A DNA stretch of 64,000 bases, taken from Candidatus Omnitrophota bacterium (GTDB lineage: Bacteria > Omnitrophota > Gorgyraeia > Gorgyraeales > Gorgyraeaceae). Under the pieces are notes generated by a model. It was given only the letters and a program-made list of their open reading frames with translations, did no database searches and was not told where the DNA came from. Below, one piece after another: positions 21,193 to 31,839 of this stretch; the stretch's first letter is position 1; each line of letters begins with the position of its first letter. The position numbers and the translations under genes are program-made. The stretch spans positions 8,064 through 72,063 of the forward strand of contig DNHS01000056.1 of assembly GCA_003485765.1 (NCBI GenBank), read 5' to 3'.

Positions 21193-22401
21193 TTACCTGA
21201 TAAAAAATTCCATCAGCTCATGGCCTTTATCTATGCGGAATTTGGAAAGGCGGGCTTCTTTCTCGTTAAAATGCTTAATAGTCCCCTGCTCTATATCTGT
21301 GCCATACATGGCAAAACAAACATAATCCCTGGAATGGGTCTTTAATGCAATAGGTGTAGCATGGTCGTACAAAACCAGTATTCTGAATTCTTCATCACCA
21401 GACTTAAAATGGTTTAATACAGTGCCTACTACAAACTTGTCAAATTTCTCTATGCTGTAGATTTTTTCTCTCAAATCTCCATTGTGCCCTGCCTCATCAG
21501 GGGCTTCCACGTGAACAAATACAAAATCCTTATGCCTTAGCGAATCAATAGCATACTCTGCCTTGCCCAGATAGTTGGTGTCATAATATCCTGTAGCCCC
21601 AGGCACATTAATAACGTCAAGCCCTATAATCTTGCCTATGCCTTTTATAAGATCAACCGCTGATATAATAGAACCCTCTACATGATAAAGCTTTGAAAAT
21701 TTTGGCATAAAAGGTTTTATGCCCTGGCCCCACAGCCATATCATATTTGCAGGATTCTCTTTCAGGTCAAGCCTCACCCTGTTCACTTCATGTTCAGACA
21801 AGATCTTTCTGGATTCATCCATTAATCTTTTTAATATTTCTGCCTGAGGCGTCATTGCAGGTAGAAATCTATAAATTGTCTTCCCTGATATATCATGGGG
21901 CGGCATACATTTTGTTTTTACAAAGTTTTCCTGTTCTCCTTTATCTTTACATTTAAATACTACAAGATGCCTGTAACTTATGCCTGGGTAAAATTTAATA
22001 TCTTCTGTCCCTAATTTAGAATTTAATTCTTCTATAAGAGATTTTGCCTCTTCGTTTGATATATGGCCTGCGCTGTAATCCGCCATTTTATCGTCTGAAA
22101 TAGTTACCAGGTTACACCTGAAAGCAACTTCATTATCCTGTAAATCTATGCCCATATTTACCGCTTCTAACGGGCCGCGGCCAGTATAATATTTTTTTGG
22201 ATTATACCCAAGTATAGAAAGGTTTGCCACATCGCTTGCAGGCAGCATCCTGGCAGGTATCATATTGGTAAGGCCGACCTTGCCTTTTTCAGCTATAAAA
22301 TTCATATTAGGAATTTTGGCTGCCTCAAGAACAGTCTTTCCGCCAAGATCCTCAATAGGCCTGTCGCCCATTCCATCGCCAACCAGGACAATATATTTCA
22401 T
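21193..22401 (-). CDS. ApgM-type cofactor-independent phosphoglycerate mutase family protein (subfamily proposed as homoserine kinase near aspartate-pathway genes)
   Basis: VGDGMGD, SDVANLSILGY, YTGRGPLEA, HVEAPDEAGH, DHATP; upstream of lysC. Confidence 0.85.
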   Translation of the reverse strand: MKYIVLVGDGMGDRPIEDLGGKTVLEAAKIPNMNFIAEKGKVGLTNMIPARMLPASDVANLSILGYNPKKYYTGRGPLEAVNMGIDLQDNEVAFRCNLVTISDDKMADYSAGHISNEEAKSLIEELNSKLGTEDIKFYPGISYRHLVVFKCKDKGEQENFVKTKCMPPHDISGKTIYRFLPAMTPQAEILKRLMDESRKILSEHEVNRVRLDLKENPANMIWLWGQGIKPFMPKFSKLYHVEGSIISAVDLIKGIGKIIGLDVINVPGATGYYDTNYLGKAEYAIDSLRHKDFVFVHVEAPDEAGHNGDLREKIYSIEKFDKFVVGTVLNHFKSGDEEFRILVLYDHATPIALKTHSRDYVCFAMYGTDIEQGTIKHFNEKEARLSKFRIDKGHELMEFFIR

Positions 22402-22459
22402 AGATGTCTCCCAATTTCATAACGCCCTAAAAACGCGATAACCGCTAATTACTTAAATA

Positions 22460-22654
22460 TCAAATACCCCTCTGGTTTTTATGTTCGTTTTCGTCCATCC
22501 ACTTTTTAATAGACTCTTTTCTGATGCGCCAACTTGCGCCTATTTTAAAAGCAGGAATTTTGCCATCTTGGACATGCTTGTATATTGTCATAGGGTGGAC
22601 GCCCATATATTCTGCTATTTCCTTAACTGTCATCACTTGTTTGGCTTTAGTCAT
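22460..22654 (-). CDS. Excisionase-like (HTH_17) DNA-binding protein
   Basis: MTVKEIAEYMGVHPMTIYK...GKIPAFKIGASWRI. Confidence 0.88.
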   Translation of the reverse strand: MTKAKQVMTVKEIAEYMGVHPMTIYKHVQDGKIPAFKIGASWRIRKESIKKWMDENEHKNQRGI

Positions 22655-22694
22655 ACTAGGCTCCTTTATATTCCTTTAAGTCGAAGTATAAGAA

Positions 22695-22722
22695 AGTATA
22701 ATGATTTTATTGGGTTTGTCAA
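22695..22722 (-). promoter_or_regulatory. Putative sigma70 promoter
   Basis: TTGACA-16 nt-TATACT upstream of the HTH gene. Confidence 0.6.
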
Positions 22723-22783
22723 GAAATTCGAGATCTGCTATTAGGAGAACTTTCTTGATACTGGATTAGAATACCTGCAGAAC

Positions 22784-23437
22784 CTATGCGGAAATGGAAG
22801 ATTCAGCGCGCCTGACTTCTTCTATAAAGCGCTCCATTAATTCGGCATTCTTATTGCCTGGGCTGGATTCAATACCTGAGGAGACATCTACGCCATAAGG
22901 CTTAACTTCTTTTATTATTTTATAAACATTATCAGGGTTTAAGCCGCCTGATATAATAATATTTTTTCCATATTCTTTTGCAATGACAACAAGTGAATGG
23001 TCAAAATCTTCACCTGTGCCGCCATATAACCCTCTTTTATAAGCATCAAGTAAAATCGCATCTGCAGGGCAATCTTCTATAGCTTCCAAACTTTCCCTAT
23101 CCTTGATCCTTATAGCTTTTATAAGTTTCACTCCTTTTAACTTTAAACTTTTAAACTTTAAACAATATTTCACATCTTCATCGCCATGCAGCTGGACAGC
23201 GTTCAAATTACACCTTTCAACGCATTCTTCAATAAATTCGAGATCCTCATTAACAAAAACTCCCACTGCGCTTATAAAAGGCGGGATATCTTTTACTATC
23301 CTCTCAGCCTTTTCCAATGCGACAAAACGAGAGCTATCTTTAAAAAATACAACCCCTATTGCGTCAGCGCCTGCTGCTATTGCGCTATCCCTGTCTTCAA
23401 CTGATATTATTCCGCAAAACTTAACCCTTACTCTCAT
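22784..23437 (-). CDS. trpF: Phosphoribosylanthranilate isomerase
   Basis: VKFCGI, VQLHGDE, GGTG, GGLNPDNV, VDVSSGIE. Confidence 0.95.
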   Translation of the reverse strand: MRVRVKFCGIISVEDRDSAIAAGADAIGVVFFKDSSRFVALEKAERIVKDIPPFISAVGVFVNEDLEFIEECVERCNLNAVQLHGDEDVKYCLKFKSLKLKGVKLIKAIRIKDRESLEAIEDCPADAILLDAYKRGLYGGTGEDFDHSLVVIAKEYGKNIIISGGLNPDNVYKIIKEVKPYGVDVSSGIESSPGNKNAELMERFIEEVRRAESSISA

Positions 23438-24216
23438 TGCATGATCTCCTTTATCTTCCCTGCAATATCATCTGCTCCCAAAAACGCTCCACCTATTAGA
23501 ACAGCATTCACTCCAGCCTTCCTGAGCTTTCCAATATCTTCATTGGTGGATATCCCGCTTTCACTAATTGTTATAATTTCTTTAGGGATTTTAGGAATAA
23601 GTCTGTAAGCGGTATCCATCGATATTATGAATGTCTCCAGATCCCTATTATTAACCCCTATTATATCTGCTCCGCTCAACAAGGCCTTTTCAAGATCAAA
23701 TTCATCGTGAATCTCAATAATGGCATCCATGTTAATCTTTTTCGCAAGATGCATAAAACTCTTTATCTGGTCCACTGATAAAATCCTAGCAATTAATAGT
23801 ATTGCGTCTGCTCCGAAATAACGGGACTCGTAAACCTGATATTCGTCTATTATAAAATCTTTTCTCAGGACAGGCATATCTACGGCGCGCTTTACTTCAT
23901 TTATATGCAGGATATTCCCGCTAAAAAACTTTTTATCTGTGAGGACTGATATAGCTTTAGCTCCTTCTGCCTTATATATATTTGCTATGGTGGTTATATC
24001 TAATTTTCTGAAAAAATTTCTTTTAAAAGACGGAGATTTCTTTTTTATCTCTGCAATAAGGTTCAGCTCTTCCCCGCTGGAGATAGCTTTTTTAAATGGC
24101 CGTATGCCTCTTAATAGGCGTTTTGAATCAACAAACTCTGTTATAGCCCTTTTGGATTTCAGCGCATCGACTTCTTTTCTTTTTAATATAATTATATCCT
24201 GCAAAAAATTTTTCAT
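23434..24216 (-). CDS. trpC: Indole-3-glycerol phosphate synthase
   Basis: IAEIKKKSPS, SVLTD, LRKDFII, GVNNRDL, SESGI; start reset to ATG 24216. Confidence 0.95.
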   Translation of the reverse strand: MKNFLQDIIILKRKEVDALKSKRAITEFVDSKRLLRGIRPFKKAISSGEELNLIAEIKKKSPSFKRNFFRKLDITTIANIYKAEGAKAISVLTDKKFFSGNILHINEVKRAVDMPVLRKDFIIDEYQVYESRYFGADAILLIARILSVDQIKSFMHLAKKINMDAIIEIHDEFDLEKALLSGADIIGVNNRDLETFIISMDTAYRLIPKIPKEIITISESGISTNEDIGKLRKAGVNAVLIGGAFLGADDIAGKIKEIMQ

Positions 24217-24228
24217 ATTATGCGCTAC

Positions 24229-24265
24229 TAGTTTACAAAACAAGTCATACTCGTTTTGTAAACTA
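24229..24265. repeat. Palindrome family P1, copy 3 (opposite orientation)
   Basis: TAGTTTACAAAACAAGTCATACTCGTTTTGTAAACTA. Confidence 0.88.
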
Positions 24266-25270
24266 ACGATTAGTAAATTCTACCAGTTTTTCTAATTTCT
24301 CTTTTGCCTTGCCTGATTCTATGGATAAACTGGCTATTTCAATGCCATCTTTAAAATCCTTTGCCATGCCTCCGGCAATTAACGCAGCAGAAGCGTTTAA
24401 TAATACCACATCCTGCCTCGGGCCTTTTTCTCCTTCAATGACCTTTTTTACTATAGCTGCGTTTTCTTCCACGGTTCCGCCTTTTATATCTAAAAGTTCT
24501 GCTTTCTTCATGCCGAAATCCTGAGGCTTTATATAATATCCTTTTACCTTTTTATTATTCAACTCGCTAACTTTGGTTTCACCTGTTATAGTTATTTCAT
24601 CCAGAGTGTCCATGCCATGCACTACAAATGCCCTTTTAACACCCAGATTATTAAGCACGTTTGCAAGCTTATCCGTAAGGCCTTCTTCATATACGCCTAA
24701 AACCTGGCCCATAGCATTTGCAGGATTTGTAAGAGGCCCGAGTATATTGAATATCGTTCTTATTCCTATCTCTCTCCTTGGTCCTATTGCAAATTTCATT
24801 GCATTATGAAAAAGCGGCGCATATAAAAAACCTATGCCTATCTTTTCTATACATTCCTTAACTTTTTCAGGCGATATATCAATATTTACCCCAAGCGCTT
24901 TTATAACATCTGCGCTTCCACAAACGCTAGAGACCCCGCGATTTCCGTGCTTAGCCACTTTTAACCCAGCCCCGCTTACCACGAAAGCAACTGTTGTCGA
25001 TATATTAAAGGTATCCACTCCGCTTCCTCCTGTCCCGCAGGTATCTATTGAATTGCTGCTTATGTCAATTTTTGTAGCTTTCTCGCGCATAACAATAGCA
25101 GCGCCTGTAATTTCCTCTACTGTTTCGCCTTTAATTCTAAGCGCTGTAATAAAACTTCCTATCTGCGCCTGAGTGGCAACTCCAGTCATTATCTCATTCA
25201 TGCAGGAAATCATCTCTTCCCGCGTCAGGTCAAATCCATCTACTGCTTTCCCAATAGCTTCTTTTATCAT
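24263..25270 (-). CDS. trpD: Anthranilate phosphoribosyltransferase
   Basis: [30 protein letters not shown]. Confidence 0.96.
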   Translation of the reverse strand: MIKEAIGKAVDGFDLTREEMISCMNEIMTGVATQAQIGSFITALRIKGETVEEITGAAIVMREKATKIDISSNSIDTCGTGGSGVDTFNISTTVAFVVSGAGLKVAKHGNRGVSSVCGSADVIKALGVNIDISPEKVKECIEKIGIGFLYAPLFHNAMKFAIGPRREIGIRTIFNILGPLTNPANAMGQVLGVYEEGLTDKLANVLNNLGVKRAFVVHGMDTLDEITITGETKVSELNNKKVKGYYIKPQDFGMKKAELLDIKGGTVEENAAIVKKVIEGEKGPRQDVVLLNASAALIAGGMAKDFKDGIEIASLSIESGKAKEKLEKLVEFTNR

Positions 25271-25281
25271 ACAAACCTCTC

Positions 25282-25845
25282 TTATAAATTAATAAAGTTC
25301 TTTAATAATTGCTTTCCTTCTTTAGTCAAGATTGATTCGGGATGAAACTGAACTCCCCATATTGGAAATTTTTTATGCGCAAGGCCCATTATTTCGTTAT
25401 CCTTTGTCCATGCCATAATCTGCAATGCATCCGGAAAAGATTTTTTCTCAACTATCAATGAATGATACCTCGTAGCTTCGAATGGATTAGATAAACCTTT
25501 AAAGATAGGATTGGCGTTATGGTATATCAAAGAAGTTTTGCCATGCATAAGTTTATCTGCGCGGATAACCTTCCCTCCAAAAACCTCTCCTATTGCCTGG
25601 TGACCGAGACAAACTCCTAACAATGGAATTCTAGCTCCAAACTCTTTTATAACCTTTTCTGAAATACCCGCCTCGCTTGGCCTTCCTGGGCCAGGAGAGA
25701 TTACGATATGATTCGGCTTTAATATTTTTATCTCTTCAATGTTTATCTTATCGTTTCTATATACAGTTAACTTTTCCCCAAGTTCAGACAAATACTGAAC
25801 CAGATTATAGGTAAATGAATCATAATTATCTATCATTAAAATCAT
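25282..25845 (-). CDS. trpG: Anthranilate synthase component II (glutamine amidotransferase)
   Basis: [34 protein letters not shown]. Confidence 0.93.
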   Translation of the reverse strand: MILMIDNYDSFTYNLVQYLSELGEKLTVYRNDKINIEEIKILKPNHIVISPGPGRPSEAGISEKVIKEFGARIPLLGVCLGHQAIGEVFGGKVIRADKLMHGKTSLIYHNANPIFKGLSNPFEATRYHSLIVEKKSFPDALQIMAWTKDNEIMGLAHKKFPIWGVQFHPESILTKEGKQLLKNFINL

Positions 25846-25862
25846 GCAGCACCTCAAATTCT

Positions 25863-25899
25863 AAGTTGACACTTCTGACATTGTCAGAAGTGTCAACTT
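25863..25899. repeat. Perfect 18-bp inverted repeat overlapping the trpE stop
   Basis: AAGTTGACACTTCTGACA-T-TGTCAGAAGTGTCAACTT. Confidence 0.85.
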
Positions 25900-27380
25900 G
25901 TCAATCCTCTCTCTGCGATTTCTATCGCCATGACTATTGCTTTTGCTTTATTCACTGTCTCCTGATATTCCCTGGACGGGATAGAATCAGCTACGATGCC
26001 TCCGCCTGCCTGTATAAAAGCGTCTCTTCCTTTAACAAGCATAGTCCTTATGGTTATGCAAGTGTCCATATTCCCAGAAAAACTAAAATATCCTACCGCT
26101 CCTGCGTAATAACTTCTTTTTGTATTCTCAAGTTCGTCTATTATCTCCATAGCCCTTACCTTGGGAGCGCCTGATACAGTGCCTGCTGGAAAACACGCCC
26201 TTAAGACATCAAATGCGTTCTTATTTTTATCAAGAATGCCCCTGCAATTACTCACAATATGCATGACGTGAGAATACTTCTCTATAAACATAAAATCTGT
26301 TACATGCACGCTGCCCGGTTTACAGACCCTTCCTATGTCATTCCTGCCAAGATCCACCAGCATTACATGTTCTGCTCTTTCCTTTACGTCAGCTAAAAGT
26401 TCCTTTTCCAGTTTTTTATCTTCGGCATCATTCCTGCCTCTCGGCCTTGTGCCTGCTATAGGCCTGGTCTCAACTATTCCGTTTTCGCACCTAACCAAAA
26501 GCTCCGGAGACGAGCCTACAATCTTTAGATCGTTAAAATTCAGATAATACATATAAGGCGATGGATTTAAAGATCTGAGCGAGCGGTAAACATCAAACGG
26601 CTCGCAGTCGAGCTTTGTGTGAAACCTCTGCGACGGCACAACCTGTATAATATCCCCGGCTTTTATATATTCTTTTGCCTTTCTAACTAAATTTTCAAAT
26701 TCTAGTTTTGTAAAATTAGCTTCTATCTTATGTTTTTTGTTTGTTGGTTTTATTTTTTGTTTCTTCTCAGGCATGCTCAATTTCTTCACAATCTCTTCTA
26801 TTTTTTTGACTGCCTTATCGTATATCTTTCCGCCTTTAACCTTTAACCTTTCACCTTTCACTAAATATGCATTTACCACTATCTTAACCTTGTGCGTTGA
26901 ATGATCAAATATCACTAGGCTGTCCGCCATCATAAATATAGAATCGGGGATCTGCAAATCATCAGGATTTTTATCAGGCAGGTTTTCAAAAAATCTTACC
27001 ATATCATATCCCATGTATCCTACCAGCCCTCCGGAAAATCTGGGAAGGCCTTTTGTCTCAGCCGCTTTAAAATCACTCATTATATTTTCAATTTCTTTTA
27101 ATGGCTCATCTGCAAGATATGTTTTAATTTTTCCACCCTTATTTATCTCAATTGAATTCGCCTTGCTCTTTAATATTATAGAAGGTTCTAGGCCTATAAA
27201 TGAAAACCTCGCTATCTTTTCCTGGCCTTCAACAGACTCCAATAAATATGAATACCCCTTGCCTATTTTCTGAAAGACAGAAACAGGGGTTAATGTATCT
27301 GCCAGAATTTCTTTATAGACAGGGATTACGTTTACCTTTTTAGCCAGCTTTATGAATTCTTGTTTGGATGGATAATACAT
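25893..27380 (-). CDS. trpE: Anthranilate synthase component I
   Basis: [45 protein letters not shown]; start probably ATG 27380. Confidence 0.95.
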   Translation of the reverse strand: MYYPSKQEFIKLAKKVNVIPVYKEILADTLTPVSVFQKIGKGYSYLLESVEGQEKIARFSFIGLEPSIILKSKANSIEINKGGKIKTYLADEPLKEIENIMSDFKAAETKGLPRFSGGLVGYMGYDMVRFFENLPDKNPDDLQIPDSIFMMADSLVIFDHSTHKVKIVVNAYLVKGERLKVKGGKIYDKAVKKIEEIVKKLSMPEKKQKIKPTNKKHKIEANFTKLEFENLVRKAKEYIKAGDIIQVVPSQRFHTKLDCEPFDVYRSLRSLNPSPYMYYLNFNDLKIVGSSPELLVRCENGIVETRPIAGTRPRGRNDAEDKKLEKELLADVKERAEHVMLVDLGRNDIGRVCKPGSVHVTDFMFIEKYSHVMHIVSNCRGILDKNKNAFDVLRACFPAGTVSGAPKVRAMEIIDELENTKRSYYAGAVGYFSFSGNMDTCITIRTMLVKGRDAFIQAGGGIVADSIPSREYQETVNKAKAIVMAIEIAERGLTS

Positions 27381-27381
27381 A

Positions 27382-27717
27382 TTATACTTTTCTATAAAAA
27401 CAATTCCTGTTTCCCGTATGACACGCAACGCCATCTCCTAATTGCCTTACTTTTATAAGAAGGGTGTCCATGTCGCAATCATAATAAATCGCTTTCACAA
27501 CCTGGAAATTTCCAGAAGTCTCTCCTTTTACCCAGTATTTTTGCCTGGATCTGGACCAGAAACATGTCTTTTTAACTTTCAATGTCTTCTTGAGAGAATC
27601 TTTGTTCATATAAGCCATCATCAAAACTTCTCTAGTCTTATAATCTTGGATTATAGCCGGAATCAAACCTTCTTTATCATATTTTAAATCCTCTGCTTTG
27701 AACCTTTGAGTCTTCAT
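27382..27717 (-). CDS. hisI: Phosphoribosyl-AMP cyclohydrolase
   Basis: [30 protein letters not shown]. Confidence 0.95.
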   Translation of the reverse strand: MKTQRFKAEDLKYDKEGLIPAIIQDYKTREVLMMAYMNKDSLKKTLKVKKTCFWSRSRQKYWVKGETSGNFQVVKAIYYDCDMDTLLIKVRQLGDGVACHTGNRNCFYRKV

Positions 27718-28472
27718 ATCCTCACTCTCACTTTTCTATTCCTCAGATACTCTTTAACTTCTCTGATTGAATATTCTTTATAATGAAAAATAGACGCTGC
27801 CAAAGCTGCGTCTGCCTTGCCTTTTGTAAACGCTTCGTATATGTGCTCCAAGTTTCCTGCGCCGCCTGAAGCTATTATAGGGATGCTTAAGCTTTCTGAA
27901 AATTTCCTTGTAAGCTCTATGTCATAGCCGTTTTTTGTCCCATCCATATCCATGCTTGTAAGAAGAATCTCGCCAGCTCCCATTTTTTGCACAATTTTGC
28001 CCCATTTAATAGCGTCAATACCTGTGGGAGTCCTGCCGCCATGCACATAAACTTCCCACCTGTCTTTAGAGCTTTTTTTAGCGTCTATCGCAACCACAAT
28101 ACACTGACTGCCGAATTTTTCGCTGGCTTTTTTTACAAGCTCAACATCTTTTACAGCAGCTGTATTTATAGAGACCTTATCAGCTCCTGCTTTCAATAAC
28201 TGCCTTATGTCTGTCAGGTTTCTTATGCCGCCGCCTACGGTTAAAGGCATAAAAACAGTCTCTGCAGTCTTTTTTACAACATCCAGCATTATATTTCTTT
28301 TTTCAAAACTCGCTGTAATGTCTAAAAAGACAATCTCATCCGCCTTTTCTCTGTCATAAAACTGGGCAACCTCAACAGGATCTCCTGCGTCCCTGAGATT
28401 CAGGAACTTGACCCCCTTGACAACCCTGCCGTCTTTTACATCTAAACATGGAATGATTCGTTTTGTTAACAT
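27714..28472 (-). CDS. hisF: Imidazole glycerol phosphate synthase, cyclase subunit
   Basis: [38 protein letters not shown]. Confidence 0.97.
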   Translation of the reverse strand: MLTKRIIPCLDVKDGRVVKGVKFLNLRDAGDPVEVAQFYDREKADEIVFLDITASFEKRNIMLDVVKKTAETVFMPLTVGGGIRNLTDIRQLLKAGADKVSINTAAVKDVELVKKASEKFGSQCIVVAIDAKKSSKDRWEVYVHGGRTPTGIDAIKWGKIVQKMGAGEILLTSMDMDGTKNGYDIELTRKFSESLSIPIIASGGAGNLEHIYEAFTKGKADAALAASIFHYKEYSIREVKEYLRNRKVRVRI

Positions 28473-28478
28473 AACATT

Positions 28479-28508
28479 TTGGCAGACTAAAGTCTGCCCT
28501 ACAATTTT
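28479..28508 (-). repeat. GTAG-type REP-like hairpin, copy 1
   Basis: Minus strand GTAGGGCAGACTTTAGTCTGCC; matches 39717-39746. Confidence 0.75.
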
Positions 28509-28532
28509 ATAGCAAAGATCTTTACTTTCATA

Positions 28533-29258
28533 TTATTTCGCGATTTGTATGGCTTCCTGTAAATCAATCTTGCTTTCATATATCGCCTTGCCGATAACAA
28601 CGCCTTCTAAATTCTTATTTTCAATTTCTTTCAATTTTTTTATATCTTTCAGGGAAGAAATACCGCCGGAAGCTATGACAGAGATATCTACGGTATTAAG
28701 GATTTGTTTCAATCTCTCTATTCTTGGACCTTTTAATGTCCCATCTACGCTTATGTCAGTCAATATTATAGTCTTAACTCCTATTTTTTGCATCTCCTGA
28801 ACCATAAATATTGGGTCCAGGCCTGTTTTTTCCTTCCAGCCGTGTTTCACAACCTCGTCTCTATGAAAATCCACACCCACAGCTATCTTTTCTCTAAATT
28901 CTTTTATCAGTTCTTCTAAAAACCTTGGATCTTCAAAAGCCTTAGTGCCTAATATCACGCGTCTTGCGCCGCTATTTAAAAAATACTCTATATCGCTTTT
29001 ATCCCTGATGCCCCCGCCTACTTCGCATGGCGTTTTTATATTTTTTATAATCTCCGCTATTATATCTTGGTTTTTTATCTTTCCTTCTCTTGCGCCGTCC
29101 AAATCAACTATATGCAGTAATTCCGCTCCTTTTTTCTCCAAATATTTTGCCATCTCAAGAGGGTTGTTTGAATAAATCCTCTTCTTATTAAAATTGCCTT
29201 TTACAAGCCTAACTACCTTTCCACCAATTATATCTATAGCTGGAATAATTAACATCAT
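28533..29258 (-). CDS. hisA: ProFAR isomerase
   Basis: IPAIDIIGGKVVRL, HIVDLDGA, VGGGIR, DGTL, IASGGI. Confidence 0.95.
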   Translation of the reverse strand: MMLIIPAIDIIGGKVVRLVKGNFNKKRIYSNNPLEMAKYLEKKGAELLHIVDLDGAREGKIKNQDIIAEIIKNIKTPCEVGGGIRDKSDIEYFLNSGARRVILGTKAFEDPRFLEELIKEFREKIAVGVDFHRDEVVKHGWKEKTGLDPIFMVQEMQKIGVKTIILTDISVDGTLKGPRIERLKQILNTVDISVIASGGISSLKDIKKLKEIENKNLEGVVIGKAIYESKIDLQEAIQIAK

Positions 29259-29293
29259 AACCTCCTCTAACTGCGTAGGTCACCTCGGGTGAT

Positions 29294-29959
29294 TTAAGCA
29301 ATTATGTTAACAAAGTTCTCTATAATTTTTAACCCCATAGATTGGCTTTTTTCAGGATGAAATTGAAATCCATATACATTGTCTTTACGCACTCCTGAAG
29401 CAAAATCCCATCCATAATCTGTCTCGCATAAAATAACATTTTTATCTTTCGGCACCGCATAATACGAATGCACAAAATACATATAACTCCCGTCTTCCAC
29501 CCCATCTATAACTTTTAACTTTGAACTTTTAAACTTTAAACTAATTCTATTCCACCCCATATGTGGTATCTTTAATCCATCTCTTTCCTTAAACCTTCTA
29601 ACCTTGCCTTTTATAATATCCAGGCCTTTTATACATTCGCCCAAGGAACCCCGGGCTTTAGCCCTGGTGGGCTCCGCTTTCCCGCCTTCCTCGCTTTCAG
29701 TAAATAAAAGCTGCAATCCTAGGCATATTCCTAAAAAAGGTCTGCCTTTTTCTATAGAGTCCTTGATCGGCTCTATTAAATCTCTTTTTTTTAATTCTTC
29801 CATTGCGACCTTAAAAGCTCCTACACCAGGCAGAATTATTTTATCAGCCTTAAGGATATCTTTTGCAGACGAACTCACAATAACATTTGAACAGAATTTC
29901 TCAAACGCCTTCTGAACGCTCCTCAAATTCCCCATCCCGTAATCAATAATAACTATCAT
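29294..29959 (-). CDS. hisH: Imidazole glycerol phosphate synthase, amidotransferase subunit, with in-frame insertions
   Basis: IDYGMGNL, LPGVG, GICLGLQ, PHMGWN, FVHSY, QFHPEKS. Confidence 0.96.
   Translation of the reverse strand: MIVIIDYGMGNLRSVQKAFEKFCSNVIVSSSAKDILKADKIILPGVGAFKVAMEELKKRDLIEPIKDSIEKGRPFLGICLGLQLLFTESEEGGKAEPTRAKARGSLGECIKGLDIIKGKVRRFKERDGLKIPHMGWNRISLKFKSSKLKVIDGVEDGSYMYFVHSYYAVPKDKNVILCETDYGWDFASGVRKDNVYGFQFHPEKSQSMGLKIIENFVNIIA
29628..29675. mobile_element. In-frame 48-nt palindromic mini-element in hisH
   Basis: TTTATACATTCGCCCAAGGAACCCCGGGCTTTAGCCCTGGTGGGCTCC; encodes EPTRAKARGSLGECI, also found in MnmA. Confidence 0.8.
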
Positions 29960-29976
29960 TTTACATTCCAACAACT

Positions 29977-30603
29977 TTACAGTTTGCCTTTAGTAGACGG
30001 TATAGATTTAGATCTAATATCTATCTGCGTTGCCTCATCAAGGCTGCGGCCCATTGCTTTAAAAATAGCCTCTATCAAATGATGAAGGTCCTTGTCAAAC
30101 GCAAGAATCTCTATGTGCATGTTAATACCTGCGTTCATGACAAACGCCTGCATGAACTGTTCCATGTTTACGAAAGAATATTTTACGCTGTCCCCTATCG
30201 CCAGATTAGCCAATAGATTTTCGATATCGCGTTTTGTTTTATAGTGTACATGCAAAGATGGCCTGTTGCTTATATCTGCAACCACCCTTACAAGGCAGCC
30301 ATCCATAGGGACAAAACTATCTCCGAATCTCCTTATGCCCTTTTTATTTCCCAGCGCCTTCTTAAATGCGCTTCCAAGCGTAATGCCTATATCCTCATTA
30401 GTATGGTGCATATCTACGTCCATGTCGCCTTGAGCAGCTACGCCTAAATCAAAAAAACCATGTTTTGCAAAAAGCGTAAGCATATGATCAAGAAAACCTA
30501 TGCCTGTTTTGATCTCAGCGTTACCCCTTCCGTCTATTGTTAAATTCACAACTATATTAGTCTCTTTTGTTTTCCTTGCTACTTTCGCAGTTCTTTTTTT
30601 CAT
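29977..30603 (-). CDS. hisB: Imidazoleglycerol-phosphate dehydratase
   Basis: RKTKET, GFLDHML, DMHHTNED, HHLIEAIFKA, PSTKG. Confidence 0.95.
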   Translation of the reverse strand: MKKRTAKVARKTKETNIVVNLTIDGRGNAEIKTGIGFLDHMLTLFAKHGFFDLGVAAQGDMDVDMHHTNEDIGITLGSAFKKALGNKKGIRRFGDSFVPMDGCLVRVVADISNRPSLHVHYKTKRDIENLLANLAIGDSVKYSFVNMEQFMQAFVMNAGINMHIEILAFDKDLHHLIEAIFKAMGRSLDEATQIDIRSKSIPSTKGKL

Positions 30604-30618
30604 ATTTATCCTTTTCTT

Positions 30619-31839
30619 CTATTTGAATCGCACTTTGAATGATTCCAGGTGCTTATTTAAGCCCTCTATTTTGGTCATCTTTTCAATAGCGACCTTTTCT
30701 TTTTCAAGCGCTTTTTTAGAATACGAAATAGTATGAATACTCTTTAAGAATGACCTTGCGCCAAGCCCTGAAAAAAATCTCGCAGTCCCGCCTGTAGGCA
30801 ATATATGGCTCGGCCCTGCAACATAGTCGCCTATGCAGACCGGCGAATATGGCCCTGTAAATATCGCGCCTGCATTCTGTATTTTCTTCATTATCCTGTT
30901 AGGTCTTTTGATTAATATCTCAAGATGTTCCGGCGCTATTCTATTTATAACCTCTACTGCCTGGTCAATATTTCTTGTCAGGACTATATATCCTTTTATA
31001 TCTTCATTTTTCATTGTCTTTGCGAACTTCTTAGATGTTGTCACCAGCACTACCAAGCCCTTAACATGTTCTGCCTGAGCCATTAGGTCTTGCGCAACAT
31101 AAGATTTATCTGAAAAATGATTTGCAAGTATAACGATTTCGCTCGGACCTGCCAGCATATCTATATCTACAAAGCCAAACACTTGTCTCTTTGCTTCGGT
31201 AACATATTCATTTCCCGGGCCTACTATCTTGTCCACCCTTGGTATAGTCTTTGTGCCAAACGCTAAGGCTGCTATTGCCTGAGCGCCCCCTACTTTATAA
31301 ACCTCGTCTACTTTTAAAAGATTAGCAACTGCCAGTATATGAGGATCCACATTGCCATATTTATTAGGAGGTGTAGTGAGAATTATCTTTTTAACCCCTG
31401 CCATCTTTGCAGGCACTACGCTCATGTAAACGCTTGACACAAGAGGCACTGTGCCAGCCGGGACATATATGCCGACCCTTTCAATAGGCCTGAATATTTC
31501 GCCGAGCTCTGCGCCGTCATCATATTTTATCTTCCAGGATTTTGGAAGTTCTTTTTTATAATATCTCTGTATATTCTCAATGATATGCTTAAGGCTTGTG
31601 ATAAAAGCTGTATCTATATTCTGAAAAGAACTATTTATCTCATTTACGCTTACTTTTAAATCTTTGGAGGTAAACTTTACTTTATCAAAACGCTTTGCGT
31701 ATTTTAAAACAGCTTTGTCTCCTTCGTTCCTGACATCATCGATGATTCTCCTGACCTTTTCTTCAATGTGCCTTTTATTCGTATAATAACGTTCGAAAAG
31801 TTTCTGCATTTCTTTGGATGATAATTTTAAAATTTTCAT
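30619..31839 (-). CDS. hisD: Histidinol dehydrogenase
   Basis: [49 protein letters not shown]. Confidence 0.95.
   Translation of the reverse strand: MKILKLSSKEMQKLFERYYTNKRHIEEKVRRIIDDVRNEGDKAVLKYAKRFDKVKFTSKDLKVSVNEINSSFQNIDTAFITSLKHIIENIQRYYKKELPKSWKIKYDDGAELGEIFRPIERVGIYVPAGTVPLVSSVYMSVVPAKMAGVKKIILTTPPNKYGNVDPHILAVANLLKVDEVYKVGGAQAIAALAFGTKTIPRVDKIVGPGNEYVTEAKRQVFGFVDIDMLAGPSEIVILANHFSDKSYVAQDLMAQAEHVKGLVVLVTTSKKFAKTMKNEDIKGYIVLTRNIDQAVEVINRIAPEHLEILIKRPNRIMKKIQNAGAIFTGPYSPVCIGDYVAGPSHILPTGGTARFFSGLGARSFLKSIHTISYSKKALEKEKVAIEKMTKIEGLNKHLESFKVRFK

Noticed and set aside
22460-22654. Prophage or ICE excisionase marking a mobile element
   Set aside because: No integrase or att sites nearby; stand-alone HTH_17 regulators are common.
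24216-24243. N-terminal extensions in the ORF track for trpC (also uppP, lysC, trpE, rimO, hisH, B2)
   Set aside because: The extensions run through repeats or upstream genes; downstream ATGs match the family N-termini.
22784-31839. Missing trpAB, hisG, hisC and hisE as pathway gaps
   Set aside because: Split operons are common, and the genes may lie outside the window.
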